Source: Chloroflexia bacterium (lineage in GTDB: Bacteria; Chloroflexota; Chloroflexia; Thermomicrobiales; UBA6265). From it: a DNA stretch of 45,229 nt. Location of the stretch: contig JACDBO010000094.1 in NCBI GenBank assembly GCA_013694885.1, forward strand, positions 1 to 45,229, written 5' to 3'. The notes below the pieces were generated by a model. It worked only from the letters and a program-made list of their open reading frames with translations. It made no database searches and had not been told where the DNA came from. Shown piece after piece: positions 26,605 to 36,104 of the stretch (positions are counted from its first letter, which is position 1; each line of letters opens with the position of its first letter). A program made the translations under genes and the position numbers.

Positions 26605-27967
26605 CGTCGCCGCGATTGCGGGCTTGCTCGTCATCCAGGTCGAAGGGGGCCGTTGGCCTCTCTTCTTCCGCACCGTTGTCAGCTTGGGCAGCTTGCGTGC
26701 CATCGGGCTCGCGCAACGACAGCTTGGTTAGCCGAAGTTCGCGAACCCGGTGGCGCTCAACGGTGAGGATTTCGACTCGGACGCCTTCAGCGGTGAAGAC
26801 ATCGCCCTGCATTGGAAGCCGCCCGAGGTGCTTGTGGACGAATCCGCCGAGCGTCCCAAAATCATCGTCCTCTTCGAAGTGAAGGTGCAGCGCTTCCTCC
26901 ACGTCCTCGATCGGCAGCCGTCCGTCGGCGAGCAAGACACTCGGTTCGACCAACTCGAAGAGCGGCTGTTCGGTGTCGTATTCGTCCTGTATCTCGCCGA
27001 CGATCTCTTCAAGGATATCTTCGATCGTCACCAAACCCGCCGTGCCGCCGTATTCATCCGCCACAATGGCGATGTGGATTCGCTGGCGCTTCAACTCAGT
27101 GAACATGTCACTGACGCGCTTGGACTCTGGCACGACGACGGCAGGTCGGATTAGATCGAGCAACGGAATCCGGCTCGTATTGCCAATCACAAACGGCAGC
27201 AGGTCTTTGGCGTAAAGAACTCCGAGCACCCTGTCGATCGACCCTTGATAGACCGGGATTCGGGAGTGGCCGGCCTTGACGATGAGCTCGACGAGTTGGT
27301 GAGGCGGAACGGCTCGATCGACGGCCACCATGTCCAGACGCGGAACCATGATGTCGCGGACGGTCATCTTTTCGAGATGAAAGACGCCGTCGATCATTTC
27401 CTGCTCTTCCACGCCGATGGTGTCATCGGGGTGGCGGTTTCGACGGCGGCGCAACTCCTCCTCGAACCCATCGAACTCCACCGGAGACGGCTCTCCGGGA
27501 ATGGTCCCGGCGATGACGAAGGCGACGCGGTCCACCAGCCAAGTCAGCGGCCAGATGGCCGCCATCCCGACTCGCGCGACGTGGAGCACCCACCCGAGAT
27601 ACCGATCCGCGCCAGAATCAGCCAGTGCGCGCGGCAGTGCCTGACCGAGAACCAGATAGACACACCCGACCACGATGATCGCTACCCAACTGAGGTCGTA
27701 GTCGCTGATCGCGTCGAAGAGTTGAGTGAGTACGGCAGCGGCGACGATGGCGCCCAGAACCTGGATCACGAGCATGGACGAAGACAACGACCGTCGCGGG
27801 TCGAGGAGCGACTTGACGGTGCGCTGTTGTTTTTCCTCACGGGCCGCAACCGCGTGCAGCCGCTTGTGGCTGGTCATCCCAATCAGCGATTGCGCCAGCG
27901 CGGCGAGGGCCATGATCAGCAGCGCGCCGATGGCGACGGCAAACTCGGCCATATTGTCAGCGCTCAC
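26597..27967 (-). CDS. CNNM/CorC-family membrane protein (DUF21 + CBS pair + CorC_HlyC)
   Basis: Four N-terminal TM helices, a CBS pair (VRDIMVPR..HSRIPVY; IAIVADEYGGTAGLVTIEDILEEIVGEI.DE) and a C-terminal transporter-associated domain. Confidence 0.9.
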   Translation of the reverse strand: MSADNMAEFAVAIGALLIMALAALAQSLIGMTSHKRLHAVAAREEKQQRTVKSLLDPRRSLSSSMLVIQVLGAIVAAAVLTQLFDAISDYDLSWVAIIVVGCVYLVLGQALPRALADSGADRYLGWVLHVARVGMAAIWPLTWLVDRVAFVIAGTIPGEPSPVEFDGFEEELRRRRNRHPDDTIGVEEQEMIDGVFHLEKMTVRDIMVPRLDMVAVDRAVPPHQLVELIVKAGHSRIPVYQGSIDRVLGVLYAKDLLPFVIGNTSRIPLLDLIRPAVVVPESKRVSDMFTELKRQRIHIAIVADEYGGTAGLVTIEDILEEIVGEIQDEYDTEQPLFELVEPSVLLADGRLPIEDVEEALHLHFEEDDDFGTLGGFVHKHLGRLPMQGDVFTAEGVRVEILTVERHRVRELRLTKLSLREPDGTQAAQADNGAEEERPTAPFDLDDEQARNRGDDG

Positions 27968-27987
27968 GAGCTATGCTCCGATGTCAC

Positions 27988-28923
27988 CTAGCTAAACAGG
28001 GCACTCACGCTGAGGCCCTTATGGATGCGCATGATTGCCTCCGCCAGCAACGGGGCGACGGTGATGATCTCCACCCGGCCCTCGCCGGACGGAGGGAGCG
28101 GCAGCGTATCCGTGACAAAGACGCGGTCGATTGGCGAAGCGTTCAACTGCTCGATCGCATCGGCGGCAAAAATACCGTGGGTTGCCGCCACGTGGATGCG
28201 CGCGGCGCCTCGTTCGGACAGCATTCGTGCCGCCTGGATCAGCGTACCGCCGGTGGAAATCATATCGTCCACGATCACCGCGACTTTGCCGTCGACATCG
28301 CCGACCATCTCCAGTGTCTCGGTGGCGTCTGGCGTCGGATGCTGTTTGGCAATGATGGCGAGCGATCCACCGACGCGGACGCGGAAATCCTGGGCGCGGC
28401 CGACGCCGCCGGCATCCGGGCTGACGACAACCACCGCATCCGCCAGTTCCCGGCGAACGTGGCGAGCTAACATCGGGGTGGCTCGCAAGTGGTCCACCGG
28501 GATGTCGAAAAAGCCTTCGATCGCCGGCGCGTGCAGGTCGATGGCGACGACACGGTTCGCCCCCGCGGTGGTGATCAGATTGGCCACGAGCTTCGCCGAG
28601 ATCGGCTCTCGACCAGTCGTCTTCTTCTCCTGCTTGGCGTACCCGTAATAGGGAATGACGGCGGTGATCCGTGCCGCCGACGCCCTGCGCAGCGCGTCGA
28701 TCATCAGCAGCAGTTCCATGAGGTGTTGATTCACCGGGTGGCAGGTTGGTTGGATCACAAAGACATCGGAACCGCGAACGTTCTGATCGAGTTTGACGCG
28801 AGTCTCGCCGTTCTTGAACTCACCGACCAGCGCATCGCCGAGCTGCACTTCCAGCTCCCCGGCGATGGCACTGGCCAGCGACCGGTTCGCGTTGCCCGTA
28901 AAGAGTTGGAGGCGTCCGTCCAT
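27988..28923 (-). CDS. prs: ribose-phosphate pyrophosphokinase
   Basis: LFTGNAN..LA..IA..L...LG......F.NGE, IPYYGYAKQ, DLHA..I.GFF, VVSPD.GG, VIVDDMISTGGT. Confidence 0.95.
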   Translation of the reverse strand: MDGRLQLFTGNANRSLASAIAGELEVQLGDALVGEFKNGETRVKLDQNVRGSDVFVIQPTCHPVNQHLMELLLMIDALRRASAARITAVIPYYGYAKQEKKTTGREPISAKLVANLITTAGANRVVAIDLHAPAIEGFFDIPVDHLRATPMLARHVRRELADAVVVVSPDAGGVGRAQDFRVRVGGSLAIIAKQHPTPDATETLEMVGDVDGKVAVIVDDMISTGGTLIQAARMLSERGAARIHVAATHGIFAADAIEQLNASPIDRVFVTDTLPLPPSGEGRVEIITVAPLLAEAIMRIHKGLSVSALFS

Positions 28924-30383
28924 CAGCCGTTCGGCTCCTCGTGCGTCGGTTGCCCGGTCTCGAGGCGTCGTTTGATGACGCGCGCGGGTACCCCGACGAC
29001 GGTCGCTCCTGTCGGCACATCGCGGTTGACGATGGAGCCAGCGCCCGTGCGCGCGTCGTCTCCGACGGCGACCGGAGCGATCAGCACCGTGCCGGATCCT
29101 GTGAAGACGCGCTCCCCCAACACTGTGCGATGTTTGGCGCGACCGTCGAAGTTGGCGGTGATCGTGCCGGCGCCGACGTTGCTCCCCGCGCCGACCGTCG
29201 CGTCACCGATGTAGCTTTGGTGGCCGCATTTGGTGCCGGTTCCGATCTCGGCGTTTTTCATCTCGACGTAGTTGCCGACGTGGACATCGGGACCAACGCG
29301 TGTGCCACCACGCAGATGACTATAGGGGCCGACATCCGACCCGGCAGCGACAGAAGAAGCCCGAACGGTCGATGCAGTGACCGTCACCCCATCCCCGATC
29401 TCGGCATGATCGAGGATGGCGTGTGGTCCGATCGTGCAGTGGGCGCCGACGCGGGTGCGCCCGGTCAAGACAGAATAGGGAAGGATCGTGGTGTCCGCGG
29501 CGATGTCAACAGACTCATCGATAAAGACCGTCTCAGGCCCCACGATTGTCACGCCAGCGCGCATCAGTCGTTCCCGGATCCGCTGGCGGGCAATGGCGTC
29601 CACCGCAGCCAGTTCGACCAGATCGTTGACGCCGCGGGCGACCGACTCATCGCCGATCACCGCCGCAACCGGCCAAGAAGCGTCGGACCCATTGTGCTCA
29701 GCGACCGCCAGTTCGACCAGATCCGTCAGGAGGAGTTCTCCGGTGCGAGGATCCGGGCTCAAACGTGAGAGCGCGCCGCGTGCCCAGGCCGCATCGAGGA
29801 CCATGACGCCGCTATTGATCTCGGTACAGTCCCGACGTTCAGCGGGATTGTCGTTCCGCGCTTCGATGATACGGACGACCCGGTGCTCATTGCGAACGAC
29901 GCGGCCGTATGCGGCCGCGTCGTCAAGGTGGCACGAAAGCAGCGTTACCTTCGCCCTGGTTTCGCGGGCACCGGCGAGCAGTTTGGCGACGATCTCGCCG
30001 GTCAGGAGTGGGCTGTCTCCAAGCAGAGAGACGAGCCATGTGCAGTCGGGAGCCGCGTCGAGTGCCACCTGGACGGCCGCGGCCGTCCCCGAGGGCGGAT
30101 CTTGAACGATCGCCGTCAACTGGGCCGACATGCCAAGGCGAACCGGCAAGTCCGCCAGGAGCGGGCTAACGACGGCGATCAGTCGCTGAGGCGCGAGGGT
30201 CAGCCCCGCGCGCAGCACGCGCTCCACAACCGGCATTCCCGCCACGAGGTGTAGGTGCTTCGGACGCTCGGTGCGCATCCGGGTGCCACGACCAGCGGCG
30301 AGAACGGCAACGACGACATCCTGCGACGTATTGGCATCGAGGGATGACGAGGAGGCCGCCGAACTTTGTTGGCTTTTCGTCAC
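28923..30383 (-). CDS. glmU: bifunctional UDP-GlcNAc diphosphorylase / GlcN-1-P N-acetyltransferase
   Basis: LAAGRGTRM at the N-terminus and a C-terminal hexapeptide beta-helix (GNYVEMKNAEIG.G.K..H.SYIGDA.VG...N.GAGTIT.N.DG). Confidence 0.9.
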   Translation of the reverse strand: MTKSQQSSAASSSSLDANTSQDVVVAVLAAGRGTRMRTERPKHLHLVAGMPVVERVLRAGLTLAPQRLIAVVSPLLADLPVRLGMSAQLTAIVQDPPSGTAAAVQVALDAAPDCTWLVSLLGDSPLLTGEIVAKLLAGARETRAKVTLLSCHLDDAAAYGRVVRNEHRVVRIIEARNDNPAERRDCTEINSGVMVLDAAWARGALSRLSPDPRTGELLLTDLVELAVAEHNGSDASWPVAAVIGDESVARGVNDLVELAAVDAIARQRIRERLMRAGVTIVGPETVFIDESVDIAADTTILPYSVLTGRTRVGAHCTIGPHAILDHAEIGDGVTVTASTVRASSVAAGSDVGPYSHLRGGTRVGPDVHVGNYVEMKNAEIGTGTKCGHQSYIGDATVGAGSNVGAGTITANFDGRAKHRTVLGERVFTGSGTVLIAPVAVGDDARTGAGSIVNRDVPTGATVVGVPARVIKRRLETGQPTHEEPNG

Positions 30384-30488
30384 AGTCGATCAGCACCGCC
30401 CGGTGTCGCCGGCGAGGGCAACGCACCATTTCCGAGGAACCAGCCGTTTGCGTTCGCATCAGTGATGCGGAGACATCTTGCGAAGAGA

Positions 30489-30562
30489 TGGCTCGCGGGC
30501 CAGGATTCGAACCTGGAATAAAGGTTCCAAAGACCCTTGTGATACCATTTCACCACCCGCGA
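30489..30562 (-). tRNA. tRNA-Gln (anticodon UUG), CCA encoded
   Basis: Hand-folded cloverleaf: TCGCGGG TG GTGA AATGGTA TCAC A AGGGT CTTTGGA ACCTT TATT CCAGG TTCGAAT CCTGG CCCGCGA G CCA. It has a 7-bp acceptor stem, a U1-A72 pair and G73 (typical bacterial tRNA-Gln identity), and a T-loop TTCGAAT. Confidence 0.9.
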
Positions 30563-30670
30563 CCGCGGCTGAACGCAAGTCTAAAGCGTTGGGGCGTAGG
30601 CGCGCCATGCCGGCCACGCAGCAGCGCTCTGCTGGGGTCGGCTGCGCGTCAGCCCACATGGCTTCGACCG

Positions 30671-31369
30671 ATGAGCAGGCTCACCAACACGCATTCTTCA
30701 CCGAGCGCTTCTCCATCGCCGGACGCGAATCGGCCCGAGTTGCGACTTCATGTCGTGTTTTTCGTCCTCGACCTCACCGATCGACCAGCGTTGCGTGTGG
30801 CGGTGGTCGAATGCGAGGAGCCGGCGACCGCCCGCCTGCCCACTGGCTCGGCTCATCAGACGGAACCGCTCGATGACGCGGCCAGAAGAATTGCCCGCGA
30901 TGAAGCTGGCATCGTGGAACAGTATCTCGAACAGCTCTACACGTTCAGCCACTGCACGGAAGAGCAGTGGTATGTCGTCGTTAGTTCGATTGCTCTTGCC
31001 TCACATGTGATGGCGGTTTCGTCAGATCACCCGCGCGCGCAATGGCGCGATGTCCGCGAGGTCGTGCTCGGAAACGCGATCGAGTGTCAGGTGCTCGATT
31101 ATGCGCTCGTCCGTTTGCGCGCAAAGCTCGGCTACACCACTATCGCCTTCCACCTCATGCCGGAAAGCTTCACGCTCTCTGAACTTCAGCGAGCCTACGA
31201 GGCGATCCTCGACCAGTCGTTGGACAAACGCAACTTTCGGCGGAGAATGATTGCCTCAGGTATTCTCGAACCAACGGCCGCTGTGCGACGAGCCGGGAGT
31301 CACCGTCCAGCCGCACTCTATCGTTTTCGGGCCGCCGATGACCGCAGCGTCTACCTCACGCCTGGCTAA
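30671..31369 (+). CDS. NrtR-like regulator (Nudix-related N-domain + C-terminal winged helix)
   Basis: C-terminal signature FTLSELQRAYEAILDQSLDKRNFRRRMIASGILEPT...RPAALYRF. The N-domain Nudix box is degenerate (G-x5-E-x7-RIARDEAGI instead of REUxEExGU). The track ORF from 30344 runs through the antisense of the tRNA, so I chose the ATG at 30671. Confidence 0.75.
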   Translation: MSRLTNTHSSPSASPSPDANRPELRLHVVFFVLDLTDRPALRVAVVECEEPATARLPTGSAHQTEPLDDAARRIARDEAGIVEQYLEQLYTFSHCTEEQWYVVVSSIALASHVMAVSSDHPRAQWRDVREVVLGNAIECQVLDYALVRLRAKLGYTTIAFHLMPESFTLSELQRAYEAILDQSLDKRNFRRRMIASGILEPTAAVRRAGSHRPAALYRFRAADDRSVYLTPG

Positions 31370-31431
31370 GGTACAGAGCGGCGTCGGAGCACCGTGCCTC
31401 TATCTGATCGATCATCGCGGAGGAAGCGTTC

Positions 31432-32319
31432 GTGACGAAGCGAATCGGGATCGTCGCCGCGCTCAGCAAGCCGGAAGCAGCCGACCTCGGCACTCGAATC
31501 GGGACATGGCTCAGCGAACACGGTCACGAGCCGGTCGAGGAACGAGCGTTGAGCGACACAATGAATGCTCTCGATGCCATCGTCGTCCTCGGTGGTGATG
31601 GGTTGATGATGCGCGCCGCCAATATGTACCCGGATATCCCGCTGTTGGGCATCAACTTCGGCAAAGTAGGGTTCCTGGCACTCGTGGAGCAGCGAGACTG
31701 GCAAGCCGCGTTGGCGGCGCTCACCCACGATGATTTCACGCTTGAAGAAAGCTCGACGCTGCAGGCGACGCTGCTGCGTGAGGATGAGGAACACGACCAA
31801 GGTTGGGCCATCAACGATGTCGTGATCCGCGGCGGGAACCGGATGGTCAATGTGGAGCTCTACATCGATGGCTCCTTCATCAACACCTATCCGGGCGACG
31901 GCATGATCGTATCGACGGCCCGCGGGAGTACCGCGTACTGCATGGCTGCCGGTGGACCGATCCTCACCGCGGGGGTTCGGGGGTTCGCGATTGTCCCGAT
32001 CTCCTGCCACTCACCGATCCGGACTCCACTGGTCGCGTCGGAGAGTGCGGTGATCGAATTGGTTCTGGCGAACACCCACGACGCCTCGCTTATCCTGGAT
32101 GGGCGGGTACCGACAGAGGTGCGCCAGGACGATGTGGTCAGGGTCACCCGGGGCGAGCACGCATTTCGCCTCGTTGTGACCGGTTCGACCAGTTTCTACG
32201 ACGCGGTGCGGACGAAGTTCAATTTTCAGATTCGGCCAGACGCCGTGCCGTCACGACGATTTCATCACCCGGCAGGGGAGGTTCGAGGGCGGAGGTTCGG
32301 GGACCGAGGAAGCACATGA
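31432..32319 (+). CDS. nadK: NAD+ kinase
   Basis: VVLGGDGLMMRAA, INFGKVGFL, NDVVI, GDGMIVSTARGSTAYCMAAGGPI. GTG start preceded by GGAGGAAG. Confidence 0.9.
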   Translation: MTKRIGIVAALSKPEAADLGTRIGTWLSEHGHEPVEERALSDTMNALDAIVVLGGDGLMMRAANMYPDIPLLGINFGKVGFLALVEQRDWQAALAALTHDDFTLEESSTLQATLLREDEEHDQGWAINDVVIRGGNRMVNVELYIDGSFINTYPGDGMIVSTARGSTAYCMAAGGPILTAGVRGFAIVPISCHSPIRTPLVASESAVIELVLANTHDASLILDGRVPTEVRQDDVVRVTRGEHAFRLVVTGSTSFYDAVRTKFNFQIRPDAVPSRRFHHPAGEVRGRRFGDRGST

Positions 32320-32383
32320 CGCAGGCATTTGCCAACCACAATGTCAGGACGTGAGCACCATCGGGCACGATATTGTGCCGGGG

Positions 32384-33172
32384 CTACGAATCGACTTTGA
32401 AGCGACGGGGAACTGTCGGCTGGTCAATAGAGGTTTCATCGTCCGACGACTCGGCGCGGTTGTCGCCGGACGATGCGGGCGACTGATCCACCGAGCCGCG
32501 GCCATTGCCGTGTTCACGGGCCGCACCATTGCGCTCCCCGCCGGGGCGGATGGCGCGTCCGAACCGCAACCGTTCCAACCGCTCGATGCTCGGAGTCGCG
32601 GAGACGACCCTCTGCTCCGACGCCACACCGGCAGGTAATGCCTTGTCCGACTCGGCGTCGATTGCTGGTTCGCGGGCGGATGCGGCGACCGCGACCCAGC
32701 GCTCGACCGGCGGCTCGATGGCGGCGGGCACCTCCCCTTTATCCTGGTCACTCCCACAATAGGGGCACAGATCCCACCGCAGGTCGATCAGCCGGTTGCA
32801 CTGGATGCAGGGGTCTCTGAGTTCGGTCTGGCAGTGGGGGCAGAGCCGAAAGTCATCCTGAACAAAGTGCTGGCAGGTGGGACAGACCGGTAATTCTTCG
32901 AGGTCCTGGAGCAGATATTCCTCTTCCAGCGATCGCTGGTAGGTGTCGTCGAGCGTCTGTTTCGGGCGGAGCACCCAGTAGAGCATCATGCCCGGCACCC
33001 AAAAGAGCACCACGAGCAGCGTCGACATCACCTGGGTAAGTACGCTGCGACTGCGGGATTCAATATCCCGGAACGTCCAGACGATCAGCACGAACCAGAG
33101 GGCCAGCAGATAGGCTCCCCCGAGTGCGAGCAGTACTTGTAACCCGCGCGCGACAATCGCTTCAACGTCCAA
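32384..33172 (-). CDS. membrane protein with a double zinc ribbon and a disordered C-terminal tail
   Basis: Two N-terminal TM helices, then CPTC..x14..CPHC and CIQC..x12..CPYC, then a low-complexity tail. No further family recognised. Confidence 0.55.
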   Translation of the reverse strand: MDVEAIVARGLQVLLALGGAYLLALWFVLIVWTFRDIESRSRSVLTQVMSTLLVVLFWVPGMMLYWVLRPKQTLDDTYQRSLEEEYLLQDLEELPVCPTCQHFVQDDFRLCPHCQTELRDPCIQCNRLIDLRWDLCPYCGSDQDKGEVPAAIEPPVERWVAVAASAREPAIDAESDKALPAGVASEQRVVSATPSIERLERLRFGRAIRPGGERNGAAREHGNGRGSVDQSPASSGDNRAESSDDETSIDQPTVPRRFKVDS

Positions 33173-33206
33173 CCGAACGGCTCCTTCGCTTTCCCGACGT
33201 GGCGCG

Positions 33207-33539
33207 CTACCCGACGCGCTCGTAGCGAGAAACCGCCAACACGAACACGGTCGCGCCGCCGACGAGCACTTCGACCGGGTTGGGGACGTAGAACTCGCCC
33301 GGTTCCATGATCGGCATTAGCGGATTGACGAATCGAGTTCGTGAGTGGCAGTTCTCCTCGATGAGGCTGAGTACCTCGGCCACGCTTGTTTCCTCAACGC
33401 CGATGAGCAGGGTGACGTTACTCTCGCGTAGGAAGCCACCGGCACTGTTGACTTGTGTCGCGCGGTAGCGCTTGTTCGTCAGGGCGCCGAGTAGTGGTTC
33501 AGCGTCCTTCCCTTGGACTACCGCAATCACCAGTTTCAT
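33207..33539 (-). CDS. darA: PII-like cyclic-di-AMP receptor (DarA/PstA, DUF970)
   Basis: MKLVIAVVQGKDAEPLLGALTNKRYRATQVNSAGGFLRESNVTLLIGVEE..V..L is the size and sequence type of DarA. About 110 aa from the ATG at 33539, lying immediately downstream of tmk as in Firmicutes. Confidence 0.75.
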   Translation of the reverse strand: MKLVIAVVQGKDAEPLLGALTNKRYRATQVNSAGGFLRESNVTLLIGVEETSVAEVLSLIEENCHSRTRFVNPLMPIMEPGEFYVPNPVEVLVGGATVFVLAVSRYERVG

Positions 33540-33550
33540 AGGTTTCCGCT

Positions 33551-34213
33551 CTACGACGCCAGCGTTTCCGACGTCACGCCTTCGGCGGTGTGTGTGCTGA
33601 GCCTGTTGACCGCGTGCCACACCAGCCGTGCCACGTCTTCGGCGGGCAGGGTGGCATCGATCACCGCCCAACGATTGGGTTCGGCGGCGGCAAGCGCCAG
33701 AAACGTGGACCGAACCCGTTCGTGGAATGAGAGATCCGCCGCGTCGATCCTGTTCATGGAACCGTGCTGATTCATGCGGCGCGAGAGACCAATATCGACC
33801 GGTACATCGAGCAAGATGCGGAGGTCAGGTTCCAACCCGTCCGTGGCAAGTTGCTGCACGCTCCTCAAAGGCTCTATTGGAAGACCCCGCCCGCCTCCTT
33901 GATAGGCCAGTGTCGAGTCCGTGAAACGGTCGCAGACCACCGTCATCCCGTCCCGCAAAGCGGGGTGAATGACGCTCCCCACATGCTGCGCTCTCGCGGC
34001 CGTCATCAACAGCGCTTCTGTCGTGGGGAGCATAGTATAGCTTTCCTTGCGCAGCAGAATGTCGCGAATCTCCTCCCCGACCGGCGTGCCCCCTGGCTCG
34101 CGCGTGAGCACGACTGATTGTCCCGCGACGCGCAGTGATTTCGCGAGTCGGGTGGCTTGCAGCGTCTTGCCACCGCCCTCCGGCCCTTCGAAGACAATGA
34201 AGCGGGCTCGCAC
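33551..34213 (-). CDS. tmk: dTMP (thymidylate) kinase
   Basis: RFIVFEGPEGGGKTLQ, TREPGGTP.GE.IR. The GTG at 34213 lies 1 nt after the upstream stop; the longer track ORF overlaps the upstream gene. Confidence 0.9.
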   Translation of the reverse strand: MRARFIVFEGPEGGGKTLQATRLAKSLRVAGQSVVLTREPGGTPVGEEIRDILLRKESYTMLPTTEALLMTAARAQHVGSVIHPALRDGMTVVCDRFTDSTLAYQGGGRGLPIEPLRSVQQLATDGLEPDLRILLDVPVDIGLSRRMNQHGSMNRIDAADLSFHERVRSTFLALAAAEPNRWAVIDATLPAEDVARLVWHAVNRLSTHTAEGVTSETLAS

Positions 34214-34214
34214 G

Positions 34215-36026
34215 CTACTGCATACCTCGCCGAAAGATCTCGACGTACCGGCGCGGGTCCCGTCCGCGGCTCCGCGATGCGACGTTGTAGCGCTCGGCGA
34301 GCTCGTGCTGCTTGCGGCGCACGGCTGGCCCTTGCGGCGTGAGTTCGATGGCAGGGGCGCCACTCATCACCGCCGTGATGGCATCCTCGGCTTCTGCGAG
34401 CGCGTCGATCACGGGATCCCTGGGTTCCCGGCTAGGGATCGGCGGGGCCACACTTTCGAAGTCCTGGGGTGACGGCGCGAGCACTTTGGGAAAGAGCGAC
34501 AGCAAGACGTTTTCCATCTGCGTCGCGGTATTGGCGCGCAGAACGTAGACCGGCGTTCCGCGGATCTCCGCGTCACGAATCGGCTCCGGCTTCTGGCGGA
34601 AGTAGTTCTTGAGCGTCATCACGAGATCGGCGTCGTGGGGCTCGCGGACGATCGTCGCCGGCACGGCGTGCCGGAGAATCGCCTGGTCGAGCCGATTGCG
34701 GCTGATACCGAACGGGAAAATACGCAAGGGTTTGGCGACGGTGCCCCGGCCCTTCAGAAACGCCATGGTCGGTGCGGCATCTTCCCGCGCCACATCTTCA
34801 TACGGCTCGATTTCGTGATTCTGCTGCCGGCCGCCTGGGCCTTCGCCGAACTGGCGGCTGGCGATATCGACGATTGGTCTGCCTCGACTCAAGCCCTCAC
34901 CGAATCCGCCGAACGCCTGCTGGGTCGAGAGTTGGCGACCTGGAACGCTCGGATCGCGTCTGGCATCGTCGATCCTCGTCACCGAGACGCGACCGTCATC
35001 CTCGCGGCGGCGGTGCTCGGAACGGACCGATGCGTTGCGGAGCATGGCGTCCACCGTCGCCGCGACATCCCGATGGACGGCGACTTCGTCTCGATTGATG
35101 ATTTCCACGATCATGTTGAAGGTAGGCGGCGCCTTGCGTTCGAGGATCGATTTTTGTGTACCACGCCGCCGCGCCTCTTCATCCGAGAGGGTTACGGTTT
35201 GGATCCCACCGATCAGGTCGGAAAGGGTCGGGTTGAGCATCAAGTTCTCGAGCGTGTTGCCGTGGGCCGTTCCGATCAGCTGAACACCTCGTTCGGCGAT
35301 CGTGCGGGCAGCGGAGGCTTCGAGTTCGGTGCCGATCTCATCGATCACCACCACCTCGGGCATATGGTTCTCGACTGCTTCGATCATCACCGCGTGCTGC
35401 GCGGTCGGCGTTGGGACCTGCATGCGGCGGGCACGACCGATTGCCGGGTGCGGGATGTCCCCGTCTCCGGCGATTTCATTGCTGGTATCGACCACCACGA
35501 CGCGTTTGCGAAGCTCGTCGGCGATCACACGAGCGGTCTCGCGCAGCATTGTCGTCTTGCCCACGCCAGGCCGGCCCAGCAAGAGGATGCTCTGCCCAGA
35601 CTCGATGAGGTCGCTGATGATAGCGATGGTGCCGTAGACGGCGCGGCCGATGCGACACGTCAACCCGACGATATCGCCACCGCGGTTGCGGATCGCCGAA
35701 ATGCGGTGCAGGGTACGTTCGATTCCGGCGCGGTTATCGTCGCCGAAATGTCCGATCCGCTCGGCGACGTAGGCCAATTCCTGGCGGGTTACGTCCAGAT
35801 CGGAGAGAAGCTGCTCGTCGAACTGAAATCGCGCTTCCGGTGGCCGGCCGAGGTCGAGTACGATCTCGATGAGTGCGCCGAGCTCACCTTGCCCCTGGAG
35901 GTGGCGAATGCGTTCGGACAGCGACGGTGGCAGAACGTTCAGGAGATCATCGAGGTTATCGGTGATGGCGAATTCAAAGGCGCGCGGTTGATCTTCTCCG
36001 GGGAGCACCTGTGGAATGCTGCTCAA
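34215..36026 (-). CDS. SpoIIIAA/Ycf45-like AAA ATPase with a C-terminal R3H domain
   Basis: Walker [17 protein letters not shown], Walker [10 protein letters not shown], then GTAHG. The C-terminus ([33 protein letters not shown]) fits the R3H nucleic-acid-binding motif. Confidence 0.75.
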   Translation of the reverse strand: MSSIPQVLPGEDQPRAFEFAITDNLDDLLNVLPPSLSERIRHLQGQGELGALIEIVLDLGRPPEARFQFDEQLLSDLDVTRQELAYVAERIGHFGDDNRAGIERTLHRISAIRNRGGDIVGLTCRIGRAVYGTIAIISDLIESGQSILLLGRPGVGKTTMLRETARVIADELRKRVVVVDTSNEIAGDGDIPHPAIGRARRMQVPTPTAQHAVMIEAVENHMPEVVVIDEIGTELEASAARTIAERGVQLIGTAHGNTLENLMLNPTLSDLIGGIQTVTLSDEEARRRGTQKSILERKAPPTFNMIVEIINRDEVAVHRDVAATVDAMLRNASVRSEHRRREDDGRVSVTRIDDARRDPSVPGRQLSTQQAFGGFGEGLSRGRPIVDIASRQFGEGPGGRQQNHEIEPYEDVAREDAAPTMAFLKGRGTVAKPLRIFPFGISRNRLDQAILRHAVPATIVREPHDADLVMTLKNYFRQKPEPIRDAEIRGTPVYVLRANTATQMENVLLSLFPKVLAPSPQDFESVAPPIPSREPRDPVIDALAEAEDAITAVMSGAPAIELTPQGPAVRRKQHELAERYNVASRSRGRDPRRYVEIFRRGMQ

Positions 36027-36104
36027 TGAATGCTCCTGGCTCCGTGGTGACGCCGGCTCGGACCGCCCTCACCCATCCAACTTCATTTTCTCACGACGGC
36101 GTAC

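Noticed and set aside
30344-30670. N-terminal 109 residues of track ORF 30344..31369
   Set aside because: This part runs across the glmU 5' end and the antisense of tRNA-Gln. The NrtR homology begins only after the ATG at 30671.
31405-31414. TGATCGATCA palindrome as a definite NrtR operator
   Set aside because: Perfect 10-bp palindromes are expected dozens of times by chance in 45 kb, and it does not match the other palindrome upstream of nrtR. I mention it only as a candidate in the NrtR finding.
34635-36029. 464-aa plus-strand ORF antisense to the R3H AAA ATPase
   Set aside because: It has no recognisable motifs, whereas the minus strand carries Walker A/B and R3H motifs.
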